Origin: an uncultured delta proteobacterium
GTDB lineage: Bacteria > Myxococcota_A > Polyangia > Polyangiales > Polyangiaceae
Assembly (NCBI GenBank): GCA_963782055.1
Contig: CAWAIF010000003.1
Coordinates: 5,664,001-5,728,000, forward strand
Reading direction: 5' to 3'
Length of the DNA stretch: 64,000 nucleotides
A program made the position numbers and the translations under genes. Position 1 is the stretch's first letter, and every line of letters begins with the position of its first letter. Under the pieces are notes generated by a model, which saw only the letters and a program-made list of their open reading frames with translations, ran no database searches and was not told where the DNA came from. Below, piece after piece: positions 1 to 8,626 of the stretch.

Positions 1-440
1 CGGCCTGCGCTCCGCGCGCCGCGCCCCCTCCACCCGCCGCGCCCGCTCCTGCACCGGCTCCCCCTCCAGCTCCGGCCCCGGCGCCCGCGCCCTCACCCTC
101 ACAGTCTGCGGCCTCGCCCGCGGCCGCGGCGGCGAGCGACGGCTCCGTGGACCACTCGCCCTTCCCCGGCACGTCCCCGCCGCCCGCCGCGCCCGCGTCG
201 CTCACGTCGACCGCCCCTTGCGTGCGCGACGCCGAGTGCGTGATCACCGACTGGGGCGGGTGCTGCGCGCGCTGCCCCGCCGACCCGCGCGCGACGAGCC
301 GCGCCGCGCTACACGAGCGCCACGAGGTCTGCAACCGCGTGCGCTGCGCCCGCGACGAGCAGGCCTGCGCGCCGACCGTCGACCCGAGCGCCTACCGCGC
401 CGTGTGCCGCGCCGGCAGGTGCGGGGGCGTCGCGCGGTGA
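1..440 (+). CDS. Cys-rich putative lipoprotein, 5'-truncated by the window edge
   Basis: Frame 3 is open from the window start: ACAPRAAPPPPAAPAPAP Pro/Ala linker, then a Cys-rich domain (CVRDAEC...GCC..CP...C..V.C...C...C..G.C); stop at 440. Confidence 0.65.
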   Translation, partial: ACAPRAAPPPPAAPAPAPAPPPAPAPAPAPSPSQSAASPAAAAASDGSVDHSPFPGTSPPPAAPASLTSTAPCVRDAECVITDWGGCCARCPADPRATSRAALHERHEVCNRVRCARDEQACAPTVDPSAYRAVCRAGRCGGVAR

Positions 441-505
441 CGGCGGACGAGGAGCCCTCCCCACCGGTGAACGTCGCGCCCCCGCTCGGTGCTACGCTCT
501 CCCCC

Positions 506-1327
506 ATGCGCATCGCCCACCTCGCCTTGCTGGCGCTGCTGGTTGCATCCTGCAAGAAGACCACCGGGGAGACCCGCACGGTCGACATCGCGGCCGACGC
601 GCAGGGCACGCCCTCCAAGCCGGTGAAGGTCGACGTCTCCATCGCCGCGGGCACCCTGAAGATGGTCGGCGGCGGCGGGCACGTCGTCGGCGGCAGCGCG
701 CAGTCCAACGTCAAGGCGCTGGACCCCAAGGTCACCACCACACCGGACTCGGTGACCATCGTCCAGGGCTCGAAGGACGCCGACCCGGCGCCGTACAGAG
801 GCCTCGTCGCCGACTGGAGCCTGCAGCTCGGTCCGACGCCCATGGACCTGGTCGTCAACGCGGGCGCGGGGAAGACCGACATCCGCCTGGGCTCCTCCCC
901 CGTGCACAGCCTGGCGGTGCACGCCGGCGCCGGGACGGTGAACGTCGACTGCGACGAGAAGAACCCGGTGTCGGCCGACGCGATGACCATCGACGCCGGC
1001 GCGGGCGCGGTCGACGTGAAGGACCTGGGAAACTTCGGCGCGGCCAAGCTGAGCGTCCACACCACGGTGGGCTCCGTCAACGTGGACTTCGGCGATCACG
1101 TCGACCGCGAGATGACCCTGGACGTCGGGAGCGCGGCGGGCTCCATCACCGTCCACGTGCCCGCCGGCGTCCCCGCGCGCGCCGACGTCACCGACGGCCC
1201 GGTCAAGGCGCCCGGCTGGACGCACGCGGGCGCGGCCTACGTCACCGCGGGAGGGGCGACGTCGCCGCGCCTGACCGTGCACGTCAAGGCGGTCGCGGGC
1301 ACCGTCACCCTGATCGCGGGGTCCTGA
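506..1327 (+). CDS. Lipoprotein with toast-rack/DUF2154-like beta-repeat domain
   Basis: MRIAHLALLALLVASC lipobox; repeated V.AGAG.(T/V).(I/V) units; TACGCT -10-like box 7 nt upstream of ATG 506. Confidence 0.7.
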   Translation: MRIAHLALLALLVASCKKTTGETRTVDIAADAQGTPSKPVKVDVSIAAGTLKMVGGGGHVVGGSAQSNVKALDPKVTTTPDSVTIVQGSKDADPAPYRGLVADWSLQLGPTPMDLVVNAGAGKTDIRLGSSPVHSLAVHAGAGTVNVDCDEKNPVSADAMTIDAGAGAVDVKDLGNFGAAKLSVHTTVGSVNVDFGDHVDREMTLDVGSAAGSITVHVPAGVPARADVTDGPVKAPGWTHAGAAYVTAGGATSPRLTVHVKAVAGTVTLIAGS

Positions 1328-1331
1328 CCGC

Positions 1332-1724
1332 GTGATCGCCCTCGTCCGCTCGGCGATCGTCGCCATGTACCCCCGCACCGACGCCCTGCCCGGCGCCGAG
1401 GATTGCGATCTGGATGCCTTCCTCGTGCGCTTCCGGGAGGACACCACGCCGCTCATGTGGCTGGGCGTCGTGCTCGGCGCGGTGCTCTTTCACCTCTCGC
1501 CGGTGGTGACGGTCTTCGTGCCGCTCCCCGCGTTCCTCTTGCCGCCGTCGCTGGCGGACAGGCACGCGCACAAGATCACCACCACCAACGTCTACCTCCT
1601 CCGGCAGGCCGTCTTCCTGGTGAAGCTCGCCGCGGGGCTCGCGTGGGGCACGCACCCGGAGGTGCGCCGGCGCTTCGCCCTCCCCCCGCTCCCGCCCGAC
1701 CCGGGCACGTGGAGGAAGTGGTGA
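1332..1724 (+). CDS. Small partner protein of a GMC oxidoreductase (gluconate-2-DH subunit-3-like, tentative)
   Basis: 130 aa, GC3-biased codons; stop overlaps the GMC start (GTGA). Confidence 0.55.
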   Translation: MIALVRSAIVAMYPRTDALPGAEDCDLDAFLVRFREDTTPLMWLGVVLGAVLFHLSPVVTVFVPLPAFLLPPSLADRHAHKITTTNVYLLRQAVFLVKLAAGLAWGTHPEVRRRFALPPLPPDPGTWRKW

Positions 1725-3238
1725 GCGGCGCGCACGTCGGCTACCGCGCGCGCGGCGACGCGGACCTGCGCGCGGAGGCGGACTACGTCGTCGTCGGCTC
1801 CGGCGCCGGCGGCGCCACCGCCGCCGTGACGCTCGCCCGCGGCGGCGCGAGCGTGGCGCTCGTCGAGGCGGGCGCGTGGCGCGATCCGGAGGACTACCCC
1901 TCGAGCGCCTACGGATCCATGCGCGATCTGATGGACGACTGGGGCAGCCAGGTGACGATGGGCCGCGCCCTCTGGCCGGTGGTCCAGGCGCGCACCATGG
2001 GCGGCACCACCGTCATCAACAGCGCCATCTGCGTGCGCACGCCCGAGGACATCTTCGACCAGTGGGAGCGCGACCACGGCATCGGCGGCCTGCGCGATCG
2101 CGTGTGGGCCGCGCAGGACGTGATCGAGCGCGAGCTCTCCGTGGAGGAGGTGCCCGCCGCCGCGCGGGGCCGCTCCAACCTCCTCGCGAAGGCGGGCGCC
2201 GACGCCCTCGGCTGGTCCGACTCGCACTACCTCCGCCGCTACGTGAAGGGCTGCGAGGGGTCCGGACAGTGCGTGCAGGGGTGCCGCAAGGGGCGCAAGC
2301 AGAGCCTCAACCTCAACTACGTGCCGGAGACGCTCGCGCGCGGCGGACTCGTCGTCTCCTCCGCGCCCGTCGGGCGCGTCCTCACCGAGGGCTCCCGCGC
2401 CGTGGGCGTCACCGGCCGCTTCCGCCACCCGGCCACGCGCGCGGAGGGCACCCGCTTCGTGGTGCGCGCGCGCAAGGCGGTCGTCGTCGCCGCCTCCGCG
2501 ACGCACAGCCCGGTGCTGCTCATGCGCTCGGGCATCCGCGGCCCGGCGCTCGGCAAGTTCTTCCGCGCGCACCCGGGCACCGGCGTCTTCGGTTGCTACG
2601 ACGACCCGGTCGACATGAACATCGGCGCCACGCAGGGCTGGGCGAGCATCGCCTTCCGCGAGTCGCCGGGGCTCAAGCTGGAGACGCTCGCCATCCCGCC
2701 GGAGCTGGTGGCCAGCCGCTTCTCCGGCGGCGGCGCCGAGCTGATGAAGCGCCTCGCCAGGTACCGCCACGTGGCGATGTGGTGCCACGCGGTGCGCGCG
2801 GAGTCGACGGGCACGGTGGGCACCAGCCTCTTCGGCGCGCGCCCCGTCGTGCGGTACACCCTGGACCGCGCCGACATGGAGCGCTTCCGGCGCGGCATGC
2901 ACCTGCTCGCGCAGCAGCACGTGGCGGCGGGCGCGAAGGCGATCATCCCCGGCATCGCCGGCATGCCCTTCGAGCTCGCCGCGGACGAGATCGACGTGCT
3001 CGAGGACGCCCCGCTCGACCCGCGCCGCTACATCGCCATCCTGAGTCACCTCTTCGGCGGCTGCGTGATGGGGCGCGACGCCCGCACCAGCGTCACCGAC
3101 GCTCGTGGCCGCGTCCACGGCATGCCGAACCTCGTCGTCGCCGACGCGTCGGTCATCCCCACCAACCTGGGCGTCAACCCGCAGCACACCATCATGGCTC
3201 TTGCGTCCACCTTCGCCGCCGACCTGCTGAACGCGTGA
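1721..3238 (+). CDS. GMC family FAD oxidoreductase
   Basis: DYVVVGSGAGG FAD motif, GGTTVINS, C-terminal HLFGG..MG and VADASVIPTNLGVNPQHTIMALA; GTG start at 1721. Confidence 0.93.
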   Translation: MSGAHVGYRARGDADLRAEADYVVVGSGAGGATAAVTLARGGASVALVEAGAWRDPEDYPSSAYGSMRDLMDDWGSQVTMGRALWPVVQARTMGGTTVINSAICVRTPEDIFDQWERDHGIGGLRDRVWAAQDVIERELSVEEVPAAARGRSNLLAKAGADALGWSDSHYLRRYVKGCEGSGQCVQGCRKGRKQSLNLNYVPETLARGGLVVSSAPVGRVLTEGSRAVGVTGRFRHPATRAEGTRFVVRARKAVVVAASATHSPVLLMRSGIRGPALGKFFRAHPGTGVFGCYDDPVDMNIGATQGWASIAFRESPGLKLETLAIPPELVASRFSGGGAELMKRLARYRHVAMWCHAVRAESTGTVGTSLFGARPVVRYTLDRADMERFRRGMHLLAQQHVAAGAKAIIPGIAGMPFELAADEIDVLEDAPLDPRRYIAILSHLFGGCVMGRDARTSVTDARGRVHGMPNLVVADASVIPTNLGVNPQHTIMALASTFAADLLNA

Positions 3239-3285
3239 CGCGCGGCGACCTCCGCCCCTTCTGCGCTATGCTGGGAGCAGGTGCC

Positions 3286-4872
3286 ATGAACCAGCCTCTC
3301 CGGTTGACGCAGGCGATCCTGGTCGTGGTGGTGGTGGCCAGCGGGTGCGCGCAGTCCAGCACCACGCCGCCGGGTGACGACGCGCAGGCGCCGCTGCCGG
3401 AGGCGGGCGCGCCGCCCGCGGACGCCGCCGCCGACGCGTCGTCCGATGTCACGCCGGTCGAGGCGAGCACCGGCTCCTGCACCGACGGCATCAAGAACGG
3501 GCAGGAGACCGACGTCAACTGCGGGGGCCCCGACTGCAAGCCATGCGACGACGGCAAGTCGTGCTCGATCGACACCGACTGCACCGCGGGCCTGTGCACC
3601 GCCGGCAAGTGCGGCCCGCACTCGTGGCTGGTGGAGTCGAGCGGCAACAACGTCTCGATCCCCGGCGACCAGACGTGGGTCCCCGCGGGGCTCAGCGCCA
3701 CGACCACCCTCTACGCCAGCAGCCTGGTGCTCATGCGCTGGGCCGGCACCCTGCGCTTCGCGGGCGGCGGCAACGGCCTCTGCCACGTCGGTCAGCGCTT
3801 CGTCGTGGACGGCAACCCGACAGGCAACGCCACCTGGGGCAACGCCATCACGGTGATGCGCAGCGCCACGCGCTGGCACGAGTCCTTCAGCGACATGATC
3901 GCCATGCCGCTGGCCGCCGGCGCACACACCATCTCGGTCGACGCGACGAACGCCAACGGCTACGGCACCTGCTACCTGGACGGCGACGGCGGCCTGCCTT
4001 ACGACCGCTCGCGCCTGGAGATCGCCGCCTACGACCCGCAGAGCGCCTGGTACGCGGAGTCGACCGGCGAGACCGGCGCGCGGGCGTCGGGCAGCGGGTG
4101 GACCGACATCCCCGGCGTGACGGTGAGCTTCACGCTGGGCGCCGCCGACCACGTGCAGATGTCCATGGCCGGCAGCGAGCTCGGGCAGGGGTCCGGAGAG
4201 GCGCACTGCGCGTACCGGCTGGTGGTGGACGGCACGCCGCTCGGGGATCCCAACCACGGCCAGGCCATCTCGGTGGACGACGTGGGCGGTGGGTGGTGGG
4301 CGCCGGTCGGGATCGACTACGGCGAGGACATGGCGTCCGGCGCGCACACCGTCAAGGCGCAGGTGGCGACGACCGCCGCCACGGGCGGCACGTGCAACGC
4401 CGGCCAGGGCAACCAGGACTACGCCAAGTTCCGGCTCTTCGTGGACGCCAGCCCGCAAGGGGGACTGGCCACCAGCGTGGAGTCCGCCGGCGGGGCCGAC
4501 ATCCTCGGCTCGACCAGCCAGTGGGTGACCATCGGCGGCCTGAGCGCCACCTTCGACGTCACGACCCCGCGCCACCTGCTGCTGGACTTCGCCGCGACCG
4601 AGCGCACCCTCTCCGGCTCCGGCCACTGCGCGTGGCGCTACGTCGTCGACGGCACCCCGCTGGGCGACCCGAACCACGGACAGGCGATCAACGTCGGCGA
4701 CGGCGCGACGACCTGGTGGACCCTCACGCCGCTCCTGTGGGGCCAGAACTTCGACGCGGGCAGCCACACGGTGAGCGTGCAGCTCCGCAACAGCTCCACG
4801 TCCGGCGACTGCGGCACCAACGGCGACGGCCTGGCGTACGGGCGAGCCCGGCTGCTCGTGCGAGCGCCGTAG
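3286..4872 (+). CDS. Surface lipoprotein: myxobacterial Cys-rich module plus three tandem ~135-aa beta-sandwich repeats
   Basis: VVVASGC lipobox; CTDGIKNGQETDVNCGG..C..C motif; three repeats with ES.G...W..., R.VVDG.P.G...G.AI, W, GaHT(I/V), C...Y...RL. Confidence 0.8.
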   Translation: MNQPLRLTQAILVVVVVASGCAQSSTTPPGDDAQAPLPEAGAPPADAAADASSDVTPVEASTGSCTDGIKNGQETDVNCGGPDCKPCDDGKSCSIDTDCTAGLCTAGKCGPHSWLVESSGNNVSIPGDQTWVPAGLSATTTLYASSLVLMRWAGTLRFAGGGNGLCHVGQRFVVDGNPTGNATWGNAITVMRSATRWHESFSDMIAMPLAAGAHTISVDATNANGYGTCYLDGDGGLPYDRSRLEIAAYDPQSAWYAESTGETGARASGSGWTDIPGVTVSFTLGAADHVQMSMAGSELGQGSGEAHCAYRLVVDGTPLGDPNHGQAISVDDVGGGWWAPVGIDYGEDMASGAHTVKAQVATTAATGGTCNAGQGNQDYAKFRLFVDASPQGGLATSVESAGGADILGSTSQWVTIGGLSATFDVTTPRHLLLDFAATERTLSGSGHCAWRYVVDGTPLGDPNHGQAINVGDGATTWWTLTPLLWGQNFDAGSHTVSVQLRNSSTSGDCGTNGDGLAYGRARLLVRAP

Positions 4873-4982
4873 AGAAGAGCGCGAGAGGGGGTGGGCCCCT
4901 CCCCGCCCGGGTTCGGGCCCGTGCTCGCGGGCGCCCTCCTCTCGGTGTCGCGCTCCGCGCGCCACACGGGGAGGGTGGTGCC
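4873..4982 (+). repeat. Structured intergenic repeat family 1, copy a (internally deleted)
   Basis: AGGGGGTGGGCCCCTCC...GGGCCCGTGCTCGC...CCTCCTCTCGGTGTCGCGCTCCGCGCGCCACACGGGGAGG matches the reverse complement of 5581-5757; begins right after the TAG at 4872. Confidence 0.85.
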
Positions 4983-4993
4983 CGGAAGGGGCG

Positions 4994-5500
4994 TCAGCGG
5001 CGCCTTCGGTACGCGCGCGCGACGTGCAGGTGGCGCCCCGCGCAGTCCGGCTCGCGGAACGGGGCGCGCTTCACGGCGGCCAGGGCGCAGCGCGCGATGC
5101 GCGGCCCCCAGCCCGTCGAGGCCTCCCACAAGATGTCCGTGATGGTCCCGTCGGCGCCAACGAGGAGACCTATGCCGATGGGAGGCTCGTGGTCGGACCC
5201 GTGGCGCGTGCTCTCGCTCTCGCCGATGGCGCGGTGGTGCGGGCCGACGCATCGGTCGAACGCGGGGGCGAGGCTCGCTTCGAAGCGTGCGCGCGCGGGC
5301 TCGCAGGTGTCGGCGGGCTCCTCGACCACCGCGCCGGCGTCCTGCGCGCCGTCCCCTGGCGAGCCGACGTCCGGTGACCCGGCGTCCGGCGCAGCCGGCC
5401 CGGCGGCGGCGCGCGCGAGCTTCGCCGGCGCGACGCGCGGGGGCGCCGCTGGCGGTGAGGCGGCGCACGCGGTCAGGCAGAGGAGGAGCATCGCTCTCAC
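4994..5500 (-). CDS. Small lipoprotein with TonB-C/AgmX-C-like C-terminal domain (tentative)
   Basis: VRAMLLLCLTAC lipobox, Pro/Ala linker, then FDRC...IGLLVGADGTITDI...IARCALAAVKRAPF.P pattern. Confidence 0.55.
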   Translation of the reverse strand: MRAMLLLCLTACAASPPAAPPRVAPAKLARAAAGPAAPDAGSPDVGSPGDGAQDAGAVVEEPADTCEPARARFEASLAPAFDRCVGPHHRAIGESESTRHGSDHEPPIGIGLLVGADGTITDILWEASTGWGPRIARCALAAVKRAPFREPDCAGRHLHVARAYRRRR

Positions 5501-5580
5501 CCGAGGAGCTACGCGCGATGCCCCGGGTACGTTCCCTCCCTCGGCGAGCCCGCGCCGACGCCAAGGCCGGACGCGCGCGG

Positions 5581-5757
5581 CGCACCCTCCTCCCCGTGTG
5601 GCGCGCGGAGCGCGACACCGAGGGGAGGACCGCCCGCGCGCACGGCTCACGCGCAGCGCGCGCAGGCCGCGACCGTCGTGACCATCGTGCACCCGCGTCG
5701 CGGCCGAGCACGCGAGCATGAGCCGGAGCACGGGCGCGAGGAGGGGCCCACCCCCTC
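5581..5757 (-). repeat. Structured intergenic repeat family 1, copy b
   Basis: Homologous to 4873-4982 (inverted) and to 22880-23062 (direct); starts immediately after the fliI TAG. Confidence 0.85.
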
Positions 5758-7056
5758 CTACTTCACCGCCTGCTGCAGCAACGTCACCGTGTCCCCGAAC
5801 GCCACCCCGTCCTTCGGGTCCTGCTTCAGGAACTGCTCGATCTTCGGCATCCGGGCGATGGCCTCGTCCAGCTCCCTGTCGCTGCCCTTGGCGTACGCGC
5901 CGAGGGTCACCAGATCGCGCTTCGACTCGTAGACGCCGAGCATCGCCCGCAGGCGCCGCGCCGCCGCGCGATGCTCCTTGCTCACCACCGCGTCCATCAC
6001 GCGCGAGAGCGACACCGTCACGTCCACCGCGGGATACCGGCCGCGCGCGGCGATGCCGCGGTCGAGCACCACGTGGCCGTCCAGCACGCCGCGCACCTCG
6101 TCGGCGATGGGCTCGTCCATGTCACCGCCCTCCACCAGCACGGTGTAGATGGCGGTGATGGACCCGCGCTCGCCCTGGCCGGAGCGCTCCAGCAGGCGCG
6201 GGAGCATGGCGAAGACGCTGGGCGGGTAGCCGCGGCGCGCGGGCGGCTCCCCGGCGGCGAGGCCCACCTCGCGCTGGGCGCGGGCGAAGCGCGTCACCGA
6301 GTCGCACAGGAGCATCACCCGCTTGCCCTGATCGCGAAAGTACTCGGCGTAGGCGGTGGCGACCTGCGCGGCGCGCAGCCGCTCCAGCGCAGCGACGTCG
6401 CTCGTCGCCACGACCACCACGCTGCGCGCGCGGCCCTCGGCACCGAGGGAGTGCTCCAGGAACTCGCTCACCTCGCGGCCGCGCTCGCCGACCAGCGCCA
6501 CCACGACGACGTCCGCCTCCACGCCGCGCGCGATGGCGCCGAGCAGCGTGCTCTTGCCGACGCCCGACCCGGCGAAGAGGCCCACGCGCTGCCCCTCCCC
6601 CAGGGTGAGCAGGCCGTCCAGCACGCGCACGCCGGTGGCGATGGGGCGGTCGACGGGGCGACGCGCGAGCGCCAGCGGGGGATCGCGATCGACCGGGACA
6701 GGCTCGCCGGACTCCAGCGAGGGGCCGCCGTCGATCGGGCGCCCCAGGCCATCCACCACGCGGCCGAGCAGCGCGTCGCTCGCACGCACCGTGAAGGCGC
6801 CGCCGGTGGCCTCGACCACGTCGTCCGGCCCCACGCCGACGAGGGCGCCGAGGGGCATCGCCACCGCCTCGCCCTCGGCGAAGCCGACCACCTCGCAGGC
6901 GAGCGGCTCGCCACGGCGGCGGATGTGGACCACGTCGCCCACGCGCACGCCGGGCAGCGCGAAGCGCACGGCGAGGCCCGTCACGCCGACGACGCGACCC
7001 GTCGCGCGGAGGGTGGGCGTCGCCGCCAGCCTGGCGCGCAGGGCGTCAGCGTCCAT
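5758..7056 (-). CDS. fliI: FliI/YscN (SctN) type III export ATPase
   Basis: GQRVGLFAGSGVGKSTL Walker A, LVGERGREV, DSVTRFARAQREVGLAAGEPPARRGYPPSVF, DEPIADEVRGVLDGH, YPAVDV..SLSR. Confidence 0.95.
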   Translation of the reverse strand: MDADALRARLAATPTLRATGRVVGVTGLAVRFALPGVRVGDVVHIRRRGEPLACEVVGFAEGEAVAMPLGALVGVGPDDVVEATGGAFTVRASDALLGRVVDGLGRPIDGGPSLESGEPVPVDRDPPLALARRPVDRPIATGVRVLDGLLTLGEGQRVGLFAGSGVGKSTLLGAIARGVEADVVVVALVGERGREVSEFLEHSLGAEGRARSVVVVATSDVAALERLRAAQVATAYAEYFRDQGKRVMLLCDSVTRFARAQREVGLAAGEPPARRGYPPSVFAMLPRLLERSGQGERGSITAIYTVLVEGGDMDEPIADEVRGVLDGHVVLDRGIAARGRYPAVDVTVSLSRVMDAVVSKEHRAAARRLRAMLGVYESKRDLVTLGAYAKGSDRELDEAIARMPKIEQFLKQDPKDGVAFGDTVTLLQQAVK

Positions 7057-8270
7057 CAGCCCTGGACGGCGCGCTTGGCCCCGGAGACGGGCTCGCCCTC
7101 GGCCGAGTCGGGCTCGCCGCCGCCGAGCTCCACCTCCAGCTCTTGCAGGAGCTTGCGCGCGCGCTCGGTCAGCGCGGTGGGGACCATCACCTGCACCTGC
7201 ACCACCAGCGCGCCGCGGCCGCGGCCATCCAACCGCGGGACGCCGTGGCCGCGCAGGGTGAAGTGCTGCCCGGGCTGCGTGCCCGGCGGTACGGAGAGCG
7301 TCACCGTCGGGTGCGACGCACCGTGGCTCGCCTCACCGTTGGCCTTCTCGCCGCTGGCCTTCTCGCCGTTCGGCTTCTCGCCGCTGGGCTTCTCGCCGGC
7401 CGGCGGGGGACGCGCGCCGAGCGTGGGAACCTGCACCTCCGCGCCGAGCGTGGCCTGCAGGAAGGGGATGGTCACGCGGGTGAGGAGATCCACGCCGTCC
7501 CGCTCGAAGCGCGGGTCCTCTTCCACGTCGATGTCCACGTACAGATCGCCGTTGCCGTTCGGCCCGTGCAGACCCTGCCCCGGGACGCGCAGGCGCTGGC
7601 CGGCGTCCACCCCGGCGGGGAAGGTCACGATGACCTTCCTCACCTTCTGCACCGCGCCGCCGCCGTTGCAGGTCTTGCAAGGGCTCTTGATGAAGACGCC
7701 GCGACCCTGGCACTTGGCGCACGGGGCGGTGAACATCACGAAGCCGCGCGCGTTGGAGACCTGGCCGGTGCCCCGGCACATGGGGCAGCTCTCCGGCTTG
7801 GTGCCCTTCGCCGCGCCGGAGCCCTGGCAGTCGTCGCACGGGGCGGGAGCGCGCACCGCCACCTCCCGCTTGCACCCGAAGGCGGCCTCCGCCAGGGTGA
7901 GGCGCTGCTGGACGCGCAGATCACCCCCGCGCCGCGCGGCGGTGCGACCGCCGAAGCCGAAGCCGCCGGAGAACATCTCGGTGAAGAGGTCCTGCATGTG
8001 GGCGAACATGTCGCCCAGGCCATCCATCCCTGCGCCGCCGCCCTCCAGCCCGGCGTGGCCGAAGCGATCGTAGATGCCGCGCTTCTGCTCGTCGGAGAGG
8101 ACCTGGTAGGCCTCGTTCACGACCTTGAAGCGAACCTCCGAGGCGGGGTCGCCCTGGTTACGGTCGGGGTGGTGCTTGAGGGCCTCGCGCTTGTACGCGC
8201 GCCGGATGTCGTCGCACGACGCTTCTCGCGACACCCCCAACACCTCGTAGTAGCACTGCTTTTCGCCCAT
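7056..8270 (-). CDS. dnaJ: Class A J-domain chaperone DnaJ
   Basis: J domain with HPD, four CXXCXGXG zinc motifs, C-terminal domain; stop overlaps the fliI ATG (TGATG). Confidence 0.93.
   Translation of the reverse strand: MGEKQCYYEVLGVSREASCDDIRRAYKREALKHHPDRNQGDPASEVRFKVVNEAYQVLSDEQKRGIYDRFGHAGLEGGGAGMDGLGDMFAHMQDLFTEMFSGGFGFGGRTAARRGGDLRVQQRLTLAEAAFGCKREVAVRAPAPCDDCQGSGAAKGTKPESCPMCRGTGQVSNARGFVMFTAPCAKCQGRGVFIKSPCKTCNGGGAVQKVRKVIVTFPAGVDAGQRLRVPGQGLHGPNGNGDLYVDIDVEEDPRFERDGVDLLTRVTIPFLQATLGAEVQVPTLGARPPPAGEKPSGEKPNGEKASGEKANGEASHGASHPTVTLSVPPGTQPGQHFTLRGHGVPRLDGRGRGALVVQVQVMVPTALTERARKLLQELEVELGGGEPDSAEGEPVSGAKRAVQG
7332..7398 (-). repeat. In-frame 15-bp tandem repeat in dnaJ encoding GEKPS/GEKPN/GEKAS/GEKAN/GEAS
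   Basis: CTTCTCGCCG core recurs every 15 bp on the + strand. Confidence 0.85.
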
Positions 8271-8306
8271 GTGCGCGTCACCGCCAAGGAAGGCTGCCGC
8301 TCCCGC

Positions 8307-8334
8307 AAAGTAAGTCGACACCCTACGCTGTCAA
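8307..8334 (-). promoter_or_regulatory. Sigma70-type promoter of dnaJ-fliI
   Basis: Minus strand reads TTGACA-16 nt-TACTTT in an AT-richer patch upstream of ATG 8270. Confidence 0.6.
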
Positions 8335-8626
8335 CGGAATCAAGCCAAGTGGGCGGCATTTGGTGGGTGCGCGGATGGCCCCGCTCCAGCTGGCGCATCG
8401 CGCGCGACCGACCGCTAGCATGCTGACAGTGGCACGCGCCCACCGGCGCGCAGGCAGCGAGGGCGGCGGAGGCCCCGCCTGTGCTCCGATGTGCGCGGAA
8501 TTTTTCAGCGTGCGGGGTATGCGGCGGTGCTCTAGAGTTTTGGCTCGGCGGTCGCGCGTCGTGGCGCGCGCGGCCGGCCGCCTGTGCCTCGCGGGGCGCG
8601 GGCTCACCTTTGCTTCGGGAGGCATC

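Noticed and set aside
1876..3285. N-terminal half of the 998-aa ORF 1876-4872
   Set aside because: Arg/Gly-rich off-frame read-through over the GMC gene; the real protein starts at ATG 3286 with a signal peptide
8271..8626. CIRCE element or dnaK/grpE context for dnaJ
   Set aside because: No TTAGCACTC-N9-GAGTGCTAA and no neighbouring heat-shock genes
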